Assembly: GCA_019058365.1 (NCBI GenBank)
Contig: JAHPZE010000023.1
Coordinates: forward strand, 1 to 64,000
Reading direction: 5' to 3'
DNA from: Promethearchaeota archaeon
Lineage (GTDB): Archaea; Asgardarchaeota; Lokiarchaeia; Sigyniarchaeales; SOKP01
DNA: 64,000 bases
A model generated the notes under the pieces. The model had not been told where the DNA came from, did not search any database, and was given only the letters and a program-made list of their open reading frames with translations. A program made the translations under genes and the position numbers. Of the stretch, positions 39,772 through 49,853 are shown one piece after another; position 1 is the first letter of the stretch, and every line of letters begins with the position of its first letter.

Positions 39772-40980
39772 TTAAAAGGTATCAGTTGAATTTAATCCGA
39801 TCAATAAATGCTGCTTTTTTGATAATTCTCTAAACCTTCTGCTATAATGTCTCAAAAATTTTACTATTTTTCTGTAGATTAAAAAAAATGCTTGTACAGG
39901 ATAGTATTTTAAAGAAACATTTAACCTATTATACAATAACCATCGTTTTTTTAAAGTAGATTTAAATTCTGAATAGATATGCTTGCGTAGTAGGTCTTCA
40001 TACTGAGTAAAAGGTACAGAATTATCCTTAAAATGCTTAAAAATTGTGAGAGCCGCGAATTCTGCTGTTTTCTGTGCATAGTAGATGCCTTCCCCCCATA
40101 GAGGATCTACAATTCCAGCTGCGTCTCCAATGAGAATTACCTTATTCTTGTAAACAGGTTTAATTGAAAAGTTTCCATAAGGCACAGGATGTCCCATTAC
40201 TTGAGAGATTTTTTCAGGGTTTATGTTTAAACTTGATATAAATTTTTTAAGTGCTCTTAAGAAATTACCTTTATTTTTTCTGTTAAGGGCTCCAACTCCT
40301 AATATGATTTTTTCTTTATTAGGGAATAACCAATTATACCCATAATTAACAAATCCTAGTGTTAATAATAATGTTTTAAATTGATCAGTTTCTAAATCTT
40401 TTCGATTTACAAAACATTCTAAGCCTGTACCAAGATTAAACTGCCAGTCTTTACTCTTGATGATCTTTTTTCTAATAAATTCTCTTCTGACAATACTATT
40501 AACCCCATCTGCTCCGACTAAAAATTTTGATTGAATTGTATCTCCGTTTTGGAATTCTATTTTGCAGTGATTTATGTCAATTTTATCAATTTTTATACCC
40601 TCTATCACCTCAACTCCTATAGTTTTAGCTTTGATTAAAAGGTAATTATCGTATATAGTCCTATCAACGAGATAAAGGTCAAATTCTCCTTCATTTCTTA
40701 ATAATGTCCTTTTGTTTCTATATGAAATTTCATAAAAGGGTGTGGAATAGTCAATAATCTTATTTTTAATCAAATCTTCAGAACTTACATTATAAATTTC
40801 TTTAGTTAATTGCATTGTTTTCATCGATAGTAAGCCACCACATAGTTTGTATCGAGGAAAAAGTTCTTTATCAACTAATAAGACTTTAAAATTATTTTTT
40901 GCTAATAAATAAGCAGCAGTAGAACCGCCCGGACCTGCTCCAATTACAATAATATCATAGATCTGTGATTGCGTGGACAT
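39772..40980 (-). CDS. Geranylgeranyl reductase family flavoprotein
   Basis: GAGPGG, FPRYKLCGG, GADG, YNWLFP, LIGDAAG..DPLWGEGI. Confidence 0.88.
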   Translation of the reverse strand: MSTQSQIYDIIVIGAGPGGSTAAYLLAKNNFKVLLVDKELFPRYKLCGGLLSMKTMQLTKEIYNVSSEDLIKNKIIDYSTPFYEISYRNKRTLLRNEGEFDLYLVDRTIYDNYLLIKAKTIGVEVIEGIKIDKIDINHCKIEFQNGDTIQSKFLVGADGVNSIVRREFIRKKIIKSKDWQFNLGTGLECFVNRKDLETDQFKTLLLTLGFVNYGYNWLFPNKEKIILGVGALNRKNKGNFLRALKKFISSLNINPEKISQVMGHPVPYGNFSIKPVYKNKVILIGDAAGIVDPLWGEGIYYAQKTAEFAALTIFKHFKDNSVPFTQYEDLLRKHIYSEFKSTLKKRWLLYNRLNVSLKYYPVQAFFLIYRKIVKFLRHYSRRFRELSKKQHLLIGLNSTDTF

Positions 40981-41086
40981 TGGTTTAATTATCCCTATAT
41001 ATTATTTTCTATCATTATTAAATAAAAATTTAATAAATCTAAAATTTATTAGTATTTAAGTAAGTATACGAGTTCTTAAATAAAGA

Positions 41087-41809
41087 ATGATGAAAAGTTT
41101 TAATAATCCTGAGGAAAAAACTAGATTAAATCGTTCTGGAATCAAAGGAATGTTAATATGGTACTTAATGGTTATTCTTTCTTTAATAACCCTTTTATTA
41201 TCTTCAGGTAAGTTTAATTGGCTAAATTCTTGGATATATTTTATAATTTCAATATTTTACTTAACAATTCTAGATCTGATAGCCATTAAAGAAAAGCCTG
41301 AAATGCTAAATGAAAGAGGGAAAGGTTTAAGGAAAGACACAAAGTTATTTGACAAAATTTTTATTGTTCTTTGGATGCCTATGGTTCTTATCAGCATGGT
41401 AATTATTGCTTGGGATGTTGTTCGATTTCATTGGACATCTTTGCCATTTTGGACTCTATTTATAGGAATTATTTTAACAATACCTGGTTTTATTCTTGGT
41501 CTTACAACTATGCTTTCTAATCCATATTTTGAATTAACAGTTCGAATTCAAATAGACAGAAATCATAAGGTAATTTCTTCTGGACCATATAAAATCATCC
41601 GGCATCCTGGATATGCCGCAGAAATATTAAATTTATTAGCAGCTCCATTAATATTAAATTCTTTATGGGGATTTGTTCCAATTGGTGTAATTATATTTGT
41701 TTTTATCATCCGTACAGCACTAGAAGATCGTACTCTAAGGAACGAATTGCCAGGTTACAAAGACTATGCTAAAAGAACTCGTTACCGCTTGTTTCCTTAT
41801 ATTTGGTAA
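41087..41809 (+). CDS. ICMT (Ste14-like) family membrane methyltransferase
   Basis: VRIQIDRNHKVISSGPYKIIRHPGY, RTALEDRTL..ELPGYKDY..RYRLFPYIW. Confidence 0.9.
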   Translation: MMKSFNNPEEKTRLNRSGIKGMLIWYLMVILSLITLLLSSGKFNWLNSWIYFIISIFYLTILDLIAIKEKPEMLNERGKGLRKDTKLFDKIFIVLWMPMVLISMVIIAWDVVRFHWTSLPFWTLFIGIILTIPGFILGLTTMLSNPYFELTVRIQIDRNHKVISSGPYKIIRHPGYAAEILNLLAAPLILNSLWGFVPIGVIIFVFIIRTALEDRTLRNELPGYKDYAKRTRYRLFPYIW

Positions 41810-41899
41810 GTATATAATGACTTGAGTTTTCTTTTTAGAATCCTAAAATTAAAAATTAATTGAAATTTTTATGTTTAAACACACTTCTAAAACAGAATT

Positions 41900-42754
41900 A
41901 TGAAAATATTATTCGTAACAGATATACATGGGATCGAATGGAAACATAATGAAATCTTTGAGATAGCGAGTTCATTAAAAGTTGATGCTGTTATAAATGG
42001 AGGAGATATACTTCCGTTTAAAGGAAATTTATTAAATCAAGATAAATTTATTACAGGCTTTCTTAATGAATATTTTTCGAGATTTGAGTCAACCCAAACT
42101 TATTATTTGGGTTTGTTAGGGAATGATGATTTAGGGATATTTGATGACTTATTTCAAAAAACTTGTGATAAATATTCATATGTTGTTAATATAGCTCAAA
42201 AAAGGTTTCAAATTAAAGGAAGTAAATATGAATTTATAGGAATGAACTGGGTTACAGACTTACCTTTTGGCCTAAAAGATAGAGCACGAAAAGATGCAAA
42301 AGATTTTAAGCTTCCCAAACAAATTGGAAGGCAATATCTATCTTCTCCAAATGGATTCAAGAAAATTGAAGATTGGCCCTCTTATGTGGATACACTCCCC
42401 ACTATTGAGGATGAGCTTAAAACTCTTATAAAACCTTCTGAAATAAACAATTCAATTTACATTTTCCATAATCCCCCCGCTAATATCGATCTTGATATAA
42501 CTCATGACGGTCGAAAGGTAGGGTCAAAAGCAGAATATACATTTCTTAAAGAAAATCAACCAAAACTGTCACTTCATGGGCATATTCACGAATCTCCTGA
42601 TGTTTCGGGTAGATGGTGTTCTCAAATAGGCAAAACAATATGTATTCAACCAGGACAATCTCACCAACATCAAAATTTTTTGAACTGTGTTTTGATTGAC
42701 TTAGAAACTATGAATATTGAACGGAAAATAGTGAAAAAGACAAATAATATTTAA
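41900..42754 (+). CDS. Metallophosphoesterase (Icc-like)
   Basis: TDIHG, GGD, GNDD, HNPP, HGHIHE. Confidence 0.88.
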   Translation: MKILFVTDIHGIEWKHNEIFEIASSLKVDAVINGGDILPFKGNLLNQDKFITGFLNEYFSRFESTQTYYLGLLGNDDLGIFDDLFQKTCDKYSYVVNIAQKRFQIKGSKYEFIGMNWVTDLPFGLKDRARKDAKDFKLPKQIGRQYLSSPNGFKKIEDWPSYVDTLPTIEDELKTLIKPSEINNSIYIFHNPPANIDLDITHDGRKVGSKAEYTFLKENQPKLSLHGHIHESPDVSGRWCSQIGKTICIQPGQSHQHQNFLNCVLIDLETMNIERKIVKKTNNI

Positions 42755-42829
42755 TATAATATCGCAATAAATATTCAAGAGTTTTGAAAAGTAAGGTCTC
42801 TTTTGGAAAAAAAAAAAATTTTAAGATAT

Positions 42830-43987
42830 TTATTTTCGATATACGCCATAAGTTTTACAGGTATCTATCATAGTTTTGAGATTTTCAAGTTTCGCATTAT
42901 CTGGAATTTCAGCACCGACAAATAATCCACCCCCCTCCGCGCATTTATCAATAATCTCTTTAGTTTTCTTTTCAACCATCGCTGGAGTTCCTAATGTGAA
43001 TAGGGAAGGTTTCATATTTCCTTGGATACATATATGATCACCAAGTATCTCTTTTGCTTTGAATATATCGGTTCGTTCATCCATGTGCATGTAAATTTTT
43101 CCTTTAGGTAATTCTAATAAATAATGTAATCGATCTGTCCAATTGGTATCCATATGAAGTTGTACAATGAAACCATCATTTACATATTTACTAACGATTT
43201 TTTTAAAGTAGGGCCAAAACAAGTCTTCAAAATGTTTTATTGAGATAAAATCAGCACTAGCGCGAACAGCGCCTACTAAAAGTGTTTTACCTTTCATCTG
43301 AGAGATGCCGTATTCTCCCATTAATATCACATCATCGATTAGGAAATCACAAACTTCTTTTATTTTATCGGGGTATCGATAAATATCTTTCATAAAATTC
43401 GTTGATCCTCTAAATACGGATAAAAGGTCAAAAGGTACAACTACAGCTCCATCAGTAAAAGTAGGGACATTGTAATGAGTCCACCATTTTATCGTATTCT
43501 CTTCTACCTTTGCTCCGATCTTTGATAATTTAGTCATGTCACCTATACCAGCTCTATCAAAGTTTGCCAACCAAAGTAAACCCTCATTAATTATTCGATC
43601 ATAGTCGTTCTCAGTTAATATCGGATTATTAAGGCTCCTCTCTACTAATTGAGGAGGTTCGTTTACTCCAAGCATACGTCCTGGTAATCTCCAATCAACA
43701 TAGTATGCTGAAAAGAAGTCGGGAAATGGATTTATGTACATCATATACATTGCTCCTCCTGCCATTGCTATGTCATATCCTCCTAGTTTATGGTAAATCC
43801 ATTCATATGCGTATTGAGATTTATCGGGGTTTTCTAATATTTCTTGAGCGGTAACATCAATGTGGTTTGCTGGGAGAAAATCTATCAAAGGCCATACAGG
43901 AACCCTATCAGGTTCCTTTAATCTCATGGCTGTTAATACCCTCTCAACTGAGGTCATAGCTTCTTCCTTAATAGGTTCAAATTCCAT
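42830..43987 (-). CDS. UroD/MtaA-family (MT2-like) corrinoid methyltransferase
   Basis: TSVERV...EPDRVPV, PFD...RG, F..LFWPY, HMDTNW, GN, GGG. Likely ATG at 43987 after GGAGG. Confidence 0.85.
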   Translation of the reverse strand: MEFEPIKEEAMTSVERVLTAMRLKEPDRVPVWPLIDFLPANHIDVTAQEILENPDKSQYAYEWIYHKLGGYDIAMAGGAMYMMYINPFPDFFSAYYVDWRLPGRMLGVNEPPQLVERSLNNPILTENDYDRIINEGLLWLANFDRAGIGDMTKLSKIGAKVEENTIKWWTHYNVPTFTDGAVVVPFDLLSVFRGSTNFMKDIYRYPDKIKEVCDFLIDDVILMGEYGISQMKGKTLLVGAVRASADFISIKHFEDLFWPYFKKIVSKYVNDGFIVQLHMDTNWTDRLHYLLELPKGKIYMHMDERTDIFKAKEILGDHICIQGNMKPSLFTLGTPAMVEKKTKEIIDKCAEGGGLFVGAEIPDNAKLENLKTMIDTCKTYGVYRK

Positions 43988-43989
43988 AT

Positions 43990-44631
43990 TTATCCCTCCT
44001 CTAACCACTTTTTTATAATTTTTACACCTTCAAATGCACTATCCGTAAAGGCATCAGCACCAGCTTCTTTCATCCACATCTCATCAGTAGGTAATCCACC
44101 AATAATTATTTTCACTTTATCTCTTAATCCCTCAGTCTTAAGCTTTTCAGTAGTTTCTCTCATAGCTTCAAGCGCAACTGTTAAGAGCCCAGAATATCCA
44201 ATAACATCGGCATTTGTCTCTTTCACTTTTTCAATGAAGTTTTGAGGAGGGACGTCAATACCTAAATCATAAACATCAATTCCAGCAGATTGTAATAGAG
44301 TGACAAATATATTTTTTCCGATATCGTGAACATCACCTTTCACAGTTCCTACCACTACAACTCCTTTACTTTTTTCTTTAATAGCTTCTTTTTTAAGAGC
44401 TGGTTCAAGTATTTTCGCCGATTGTTGAAAAATTTCGCCAGCCATAACTAATTCTGTGAGGAAATATTCTTTTTTATTAAACTTTTCACCAATGACTTCT
44501 ACAGCTTTGCGTAATATATCGATAATTTCTTTTGGGTCAGTACTTTCCTCTAATAATTGTCTCACTAACCTGTACGCATTCTGTTCTTCTAATTCTACAA
44601 CACTTTCGAATAGTTCATCCTTAACACTCAC
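43990..44631 (-). CDS. Cobalamin-binding corrinoid protein
   Basis: GTVKGDVHDIGKN, DLGIDVP, SGLLT, IIGG, GADA. Confidence 0.93.
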   Translation of the reverse strand: MSVKDELFESVVELEEQNAYRLVRQLLEESTDPKEIIDILRKAVEVIGEKFNKKEYFLTELVMAGEIFQQSAKILEPALKKEAIKEKSKGVVVVGTVKGDVHDIGKNIFVTLLQSAGIDVYDLGIDVPPQNFIEKVKETNADVIGYSGLLTVALEAMRETTEKLKTEGLRDKVKIIIGGLPTDEMWMKEAGADAFTDSAFEGVKIIKKWLEEG

Positions 44632-44786
44632 TTTTTCTTCTTACCCCCAACTTTTTTTTTCATATAAGCAAATATAAGACGACGCATTGAGAATTTTTTA
44701 CCATTTTTTCCCCAGAGAACATGCCCTATAGCTTCATTCATTTCATCTTCATCAACATAGTTAGGTTTCTTAGAAAATTCTTCCAA
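44628..44786 (-). CDS. 52-aa basic small protein coupled to the corrinoid gene (not in the ORF track)
   Basis: AGGTG SD, TTG start, MEEFSKKPNYVDEDEMNEAIGHVLWGKNGKKFSMRRLIFAYMKKKVGGKKKK. Its TGA overlaps the GTG of the next gene (GTGA). Confidence 0.65.
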   Translation of the reverse strand: MEEFSKKPNYVDEDEMNEAIGHVLWGKNGKKFSMRRLIFAYMKKKVGGKKKK

Positions 44787-44979
44787 TTTTATACACCTTC
44801 AATAGTCTATTCAAATATTACTATAAGAATTAGATTTTATATAAATCTACAAATAGAGTATTAAATCTCAAAGTATTTAAAGGTTCAATAATCGAATAAA
44901 TCGATAATCCCCTTGAGTGAAATAAAAATCAAAAATGATAAAATCTTTTTTAAGAGATATTTTATAATTTTTAATAGCA

Positions 44980-46497
44980 TTAATCATATTTGCATTCTTT
45001 TACTAACTTTCCTTTCTCAGATAAATTCATGACAATGACTCTCGGTCTAGTCATTGCTTCAATTGAATATTTTATTCCTTGGGTTCCCAAACCTGATGAT
45101 TTAGTTCCAAGAAATGGAAAATGATCTGGACCTCGCTCGCTTTTTCCGTTTATTTGAACTGTCCCCACCTCTAACTCCTGCGCAATATTAAAAGCTAAAT
45201 CTATATTTTGAGTGAAAATCATACCTTGAAGTCCGTATTCCGATTTATTTGATATTTTGATGGCTTCTTCGGCGCTATGAACTCGTATAAAAGGTAATAC
45301 GGGACCAAAGGGTTCTTCCCAAGCAATTCGCATTTCAGTTGTAACATTATCTAATAATGTTGGCCACATGATATTTCCTTCTCTTTTATTTCCGCATAGT
45401 AAGGTACATCCTTTTTCTAAAGCATCGTCTATTAATCCTTGAACATAATCACATTGCTTTGAACTTATGAGAGGCCCTATAGTGGCATTTTTTTCAGGAT
45501 CTCCAATGGACAAATTCATAGTTTTCTTTTTTACTAATTCTATTAATTTATCAGCAATTTCAGGCATTGGAAGGACTCTTTTCACGGCTGTACATCTTTG
45601 TCCGCTATATGAAAAAGCTCCCGAAACAATTGCTTCTGCAGTAATTTCCAAATTTGCATCGTTTAGTATGATAGCAGCATCCTTTCCACCCAATTCTAGC
45701 AATAATGGTTTCATTTCGACAATCTTTGCAATATGTTTGCCCGTTTCAGAAGATCCGGTGAAACTCACCATATTAACCATGGGATGTTGTACTAAATAGT
45801 CTCCGATTTCAGATCCTTTGCCTGTGATTATATTAAAAACGCCGGGAGGAACTCCCGCTTTTTCTAAAATTAATCCGAAGAATAAAGGACTGATAGCTCC
45901 TTGGGAAGGTGGTTTAACGACAACAGTATTTCCCGCCATTAATGCAGGAGCGATTTTGGATCCCGTAAGATTAAACGGATAATTAAAGGGCCCAATGCAT
46001 AGGATCACTCCTAAAGGAACTCTGTATGTCATTGACATTTTATTTTTACCAAAACCTTTAAATGTATCTCCATAAATTGCTTCTCCTTCTTGTTGCAATC
46101 CCGCTTCAGCTGTGGCTTCAAACAGCTCAGCAGTTCGGGTTATTTCCGATATAGCACTTTTTAGTGGCTTACCGATTTCTTTCATCATTATATACCCTAT
46201 GGGATTAGCCCATTCCCTCATTAAAGCAGCTGCTTTTCTTAATATATCTGCTCGTTCTCTCTGAGTCTTTTCTTCCCAACATTCTAAATTTTCTTTTGCA
46301 ACATTTATGACTTGATTAACTTCCTCAGTGGTACATGCTTGCACAGTTCCTACTATCTCATTATTATAAGGATTTCTAATACCTATTGTTTTTCCAGAAG
46401 ACGACTTTTTCCAAGTACCAGATACATAATATTTAAAATCTAAATCATCTTTCATTATGAAAGAATTAGGAATTTTATTGATTTCTTCTATTATCAT
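44980..46497 (-). CDS. gapN: NADP-dependent non-phosphorylating glyceraldehyde-3-phosphate dehydrogenase
   Basis: PFNYPFNLTGSKIAPALMAGN, LELGGKDA, FSYSGQRCTA, WEEPFGP, RGPDHFPFLG. Confidence 0.88.
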   Translation of the reverse strand: MIIEEINKIPNSFIMKDDLDFKYYVSGTWKKSSSGKTIGIRNPYNNEIVGTVQACTTEEVNQVINVAKENLECWEEKTQRERADILRKAAALMREWANPIGYIMMKEIGKPLKSAISEITRTAELFEATAEAGLQQEGEAIYGDTFKGFGKNKMSMTYRVPLGVILCIGPFNYPFNLTGSKIAPALMAGNTVVVKPPSQGAISPLFFGLILEKAGVPPGVFNIITGKGSEIGDYLVQHPMVNMVSFTGSSETGKHIAKIVEMKPLLLELGGKDAAIILNDANLEITAEAIVSGAFSYSGQRCTAVKRVLPMPEIADKLIELVKKKTMNLSIGDPEKNATIGPLISSKQCDYVQGLIDDALEKGCTLLCGNKREGNIMWPTLLDNVTTEMRIAWEEPFGPVLPFIRVHSAEEAIKISNKSEYGLQGMIFTQNIDLAFNIAQELEVGTVQINGKSERGPDHFPFLGTKSSGLGTQGIKYSIEAMTRPRVIVMNLSEKGKLVKECKYD

Positions 46498-47092
46498 GAT
46501 TATTTCGTAATCCTAAAAATTTCTTTTCGATAAAAAATTGGTCTTAGATTTTTTATAACATTATCACTATTAAATTTATTATTAATAATTCAAAGGTCTT
46601 GCTCTATTTATTTTCGAAGCTTTTCAGAAGTAAAACATCGAAAAAGATTAAGAAAAGATGAAAAACTTCATAATCCGTAGCTTTGAATTAAAAGCTATAA
46701 TTTTATATGAAGTTATCATGCATACCATTAGGTTAAAGAAAGAGAGGCAGTTAAAGTGGTTCATAATTAAATTAGCTATGTGCATAAAGCGAGTTTTGAT
46801 AAGAGCGTACTTTATCTTGGACTTTTTCTAACAATATAAGAACCGAATTTTATACTCCTATCCACATCTTTTCATATTTCTGACTGAATCATTATACTAA
46901 ACTAAAAATTTTCAATTAAAGTGAGAAAATTTCTTTGAGTTTTTAGACTTATCTATAAAAGGCTTCTAACATTATCATTCATAAACTCTTTCTAGTTGAG
47001 ATCAACATTTTATGTTTCTATGGAATAATAAAACGTTGCACTGGATAAGAGAGAGGAATTTAAGTTGGTTAAATAAAAAGAGAATGACGTTA

Positions 47093-47239
47093 ATGCCTGA
47101 TTGCGAATTCTGTGGTAAGCATATCGTAGGTACTAAGTGGAATAAACAATATCACCATATTAATATATGTCAAAAACCAATAAAACGATTTTTTTGTTCC
47201 CGTCAATGTAAATTGAAATGGATTTTTGAAAATGTTTGA
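47093..47239 (+). CDS. Small TRASH/MYM-like zinc-finger protein
   Basis: CEFCGK...FFCSRQCK. The start is probably ATG 47093 rather than 47012. Confidence 0.6.
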   Translation: MPDCEFCGKHIVGTKWNKQYHHINICQKPIKRFFCSRQCKLKWIFENV

Positions 47240-47366
47240 TTTATTTTGTTGATAATTTCTTGCTGTTTAGGGGTATGTTTAGTACTTGTACCAATCTATA
47301 GATAAATAAAAATATCTAAAAAATGAAATCAAAAGTTATTTATGACCCCAAACATTTGAATAATTA

Positions 47367-48074
47367 ATGAACACAAAAAAAGACAAAAACAACAATGAGT
47401 TGTGCCAATCCACTAATAATCCCAGCGAGTGGAATGGAAGAACAATAGAAATTGATGATGCTGGGACTGGAGATCTCGTCGGAGATGCTTTTATTGGCTT
47501 TCGAGACACAGAAAACGGAAAGATTATCTTTAAATCAGTTCCTGTAGAACTCTACAATAAAGTAAATAAGGACAATGATCGCCCGAAAAAGCATATAGTA
47601 AAGATTGTGATCAAAGCGCTCAGAGATCTTAACCATCGTAAAGGAGATAGAATTCTTCTATGTAGGGGTAGCTGTTTCGATCTTGTTAGAGAATATTTTA
47701 AGAAGAATAATATATACTACGAGCCTGCAGTTATAGAGGGAGTGCTTCAAGATGCTGTAGAAGGTAGATTTATTCAACATCTTAGAAAATTCGGGATATC
47801 TTCTAGCAAGCTTACGAAAGAATCTGGTATACAAAGATATTTTATTTTATTTAATTGGGTATGTCGGGACTTTCCAAATCGTGAACGTTTCGTCAAGAGA
47901 GGATTCCCTTCTTGGAAGAAGAAATGGAGAAAAATTGCTTTAGAGAGATATAAAAACTATAAAAGTAATAAGACTCGTACAAGAGAAAAAATTATGCAAA
48001 GGGCAAAGATGATATACGAAAATGCATTCGAGAAACCTATTTCTGTAAGAGAAACTATCTCGAAGAATCAATAA
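47367..48074 (+). CDS. RNase H-fold (RNase HII-like) hypothetical protein
   Basis: IEIDDAGTGDLVG resembles the RNase HII GxDEAGRG motif. Also CRG and IEG.LQD.VE. Confidence 0.55.
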   Translation: MNTKKDKNNNELCQSTNNPSEWNGRTIEIDDAGTGDLVGDAFIGFRDTENGKIIFKSVPVELYNKVNKDNDRPKKHIVKIVIKALRDLNHRKGDRILLCRGSCFDLVREYFKKNNIYYEPAVIEGVLQDAVEGRFIQHLRKFGISSSKLTKESGIQRYFILFNWVCRDFPNRERFVKRGFPSWKKKWRKIALERYKNYKSNKTRTREKIMQRAKMIYENAFEKPISVRETISKNQ

Positions 48075-48198
48075 AATGAATTATATTTATTGATTTTTTT
48101 ACGAAAATATAGTAATCGTTAAGATTATTATTATAAAGAACTTTTTTTTAATATTATATAATTAATTTTCCTTTTATAGGGGTAAAAGGAGTATTGAA

Positions 48199-48696
48199 TT
48201 GGTCCGAATTATAGTTTTCTTAGATAATAGTAATATTTTCAATGGATTTAGGAAATACAACGTCAAAGTAGACTATGAAAAGCTGAAAAACATAATAACC
48301 AGTGGCCGAGAATTACAGGCTATATTTTTATACGAGGGTGCTGTATATCCTATAAGTCTAGGAAAGAGGAAATGGTATAAAGAATTAACCATTCGAAGTG
48401 GATATACAATTAAAACGAGCTTTGATAAGATTGTGTCAAATGGCGCCATTGAAAAGAAGATTGACATCAATATCGCGATTGATATCATTTCTCTTGCATA
48501 TGAGAATGCGTATGATAAGGCAGTTTTAATATCTGGAGACGGAGATTTTGTTCCAGTTGTAAAGAAATTAAAAGAACTAGAAAAAGATGTGGAAGTATGG
48601 GCATTTAGATACTCTCTAGCTAATGCGTTAAGGGAAGAACTCGAGCAAGAAAATATCCATTATCTCGATGATATCTTAAGTAAAATAAAAATGTAA
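48199..48696 (+). CDS. NYN domain (LabA/DUF88, PIN-like) protein
   Basis: VFLDNSN, EKKIDINIAID, LISGDGDFVP. Confidence 0.9.
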   Translation: MVRIIVFLDNSNIFNGFRKYNVKVDYEKLKNIITSGRELQAIFLYEGAVYPISLGKRKWYKELTIRSGYTIKTSFDKIVSNGAIEKKIDINIAIDIISLAYENAYDKAVLISGDGDFVPVVKKLKELEKDVEVWAFRYSLANALREELEQENIHYLDDILSKIKM

Positions 48697-48785
48697 AACT
48701 ATAATTGATCAATTTAGTTAATACATTAATTATTTTTTAGATTCTTTAGTACTTTAAGTCATTTTTTTAGGTAAAAGTATTAAGA

Positions 48786-49076
48786 TTATTTAGTTGGTCC
48801 AATCAATTCATACAAATCTCGAGCTAATTTTTTCATAATCGGAACGTGACCTTCAAATAAAATACGTTCTTCAATGATAATTGCTGGAGGAACTATCGTC
48901 CCATATTTTTTTATAGTATCTGCAGAGTCACTATCTTCAAAACTTACTTCAATTTTTTGTTTAAATTCTGGTATATCTGTAAAAATTCGCTCAATGATGC
49001 TTCTCGTTTTACAACACTTAGCACAATAATTATCTTCCTCAGTTTTTAATAAAACATGAACAATTGGCTTCTTTAT
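48786..49076 (-). CDS. Thioredoxin-fold redox-active disulfide protein (absent from the ORF track)
   Basis: Open frame IKKPIVHVLLKTEEDNYCAKCCKTR...KYGTIVPPAIIIEERILFEGHVP. There is no ATG/GTG/TTG before the CxxC, so an ATA start at 49076 is inferred. Confidence 0.8.
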   Translation of the reverse strand: MKKPIVHVLLKTEEDNYCAKCCKTRSIIERIFTDIPEFKQKIEVSFEDSDSADTIKKYGTIVPPAIIIEERILFEGHVPIMKKLARDLYELIGPTK

Positions 49077-49310
49077 TAGAGACCACTAATTTTATTTTAT
49101 AATATTTTTCCTTAAATTGGAAAATATTTTCATTAATAAATGATTTTTGCTTTAAAATACAGGAAATATCTAATCTAGAATCAATTATCTCATGGATTTA
49201 TATTCTCCCTTTAAGTTTGATATTCACAATGCTATTAAGCATTAAAGTACATCGTTTAAGAAAAGAAATCTCTAAACCAAAGTTTTAAATTCTTGAATCT
49301 AAGAAAAAAG

Positions 49311-49736
49311 CTATTCTTCCTTTTTTATCATTTCGAGTTCAGATTCAATGCCAAGTAAATTCGCAACTTCGACTAATGCTTTCCATTCGGAATGAACGTT
49401 TTCAGCTTCTCTTAATTTACCTTGTGATACTAAAAGATTATGTAAATTGGCTTTTGAATCCACAAGTCTGACAAACATTGCCAAAATATCGCCCTTATCC
49501 TCGATATTTACATAATTCCTCAGGACATCAATCATTTGTGTATCTTGCTGAGAGATAGGAGATAAATTCTTTAAAGTATCTCGGATTTCAGATAATATTC
49601 TTTGATTATCTTCTAGTAAATTTAGTTGCATAAGGCTAACATTAATTGCATCAGAATATGTTTCAGTTCCGCATTTTTCTTTGAATTCATCTAATTTCTT
49701 TTTAACTATATCATTTATTTCTATTGTTGGACTCAT
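49311..49736 (-). CDS. Hypothetical protein with an RHH/antitoxin-like N-terminus
   Basis: TIEINDIVKKKLDEFK....ETYSDAI pattern. Confidence 0.55.
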   Translation of the reverse strand: MSPTIEINDIVKKKLDEFKEKCGTETYSDAINVSLMQLNLLEDNQRILSEIRDTLKNLSPISQQDTQMIDVLRNYVNIEDKGDILAMFVRLVDSKANLHNLLVSQGKLREAENVHSEWKALVEVANLLGIESELEMIKKEE

Positions 49737-49853
49737 TTTACTGTATAATTAAGAGGATAATCTATTATTTAAGTTTTAATATGTGTTGAATGTATAAAAA
49801 TAATTTAAACTTTTTTTGAGAAAGAACATATATATAAAAAAAAGTAAAGAAAA

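Noticed and set aside
42830-44631. Pyrrolysine-dependent methylamine methyltransferase system
   Set aside because: No MtmB/MtbB/MttB homologue, in-frame TAG or pyl genes in the window.
46500-47010. ncRNA or gene in the ~500-nt spacer upstream of gapN
   Set aside because: No stable GC-rich stem or intact ORF is recognisable. It may be a decayed gene, but I cannot support that.
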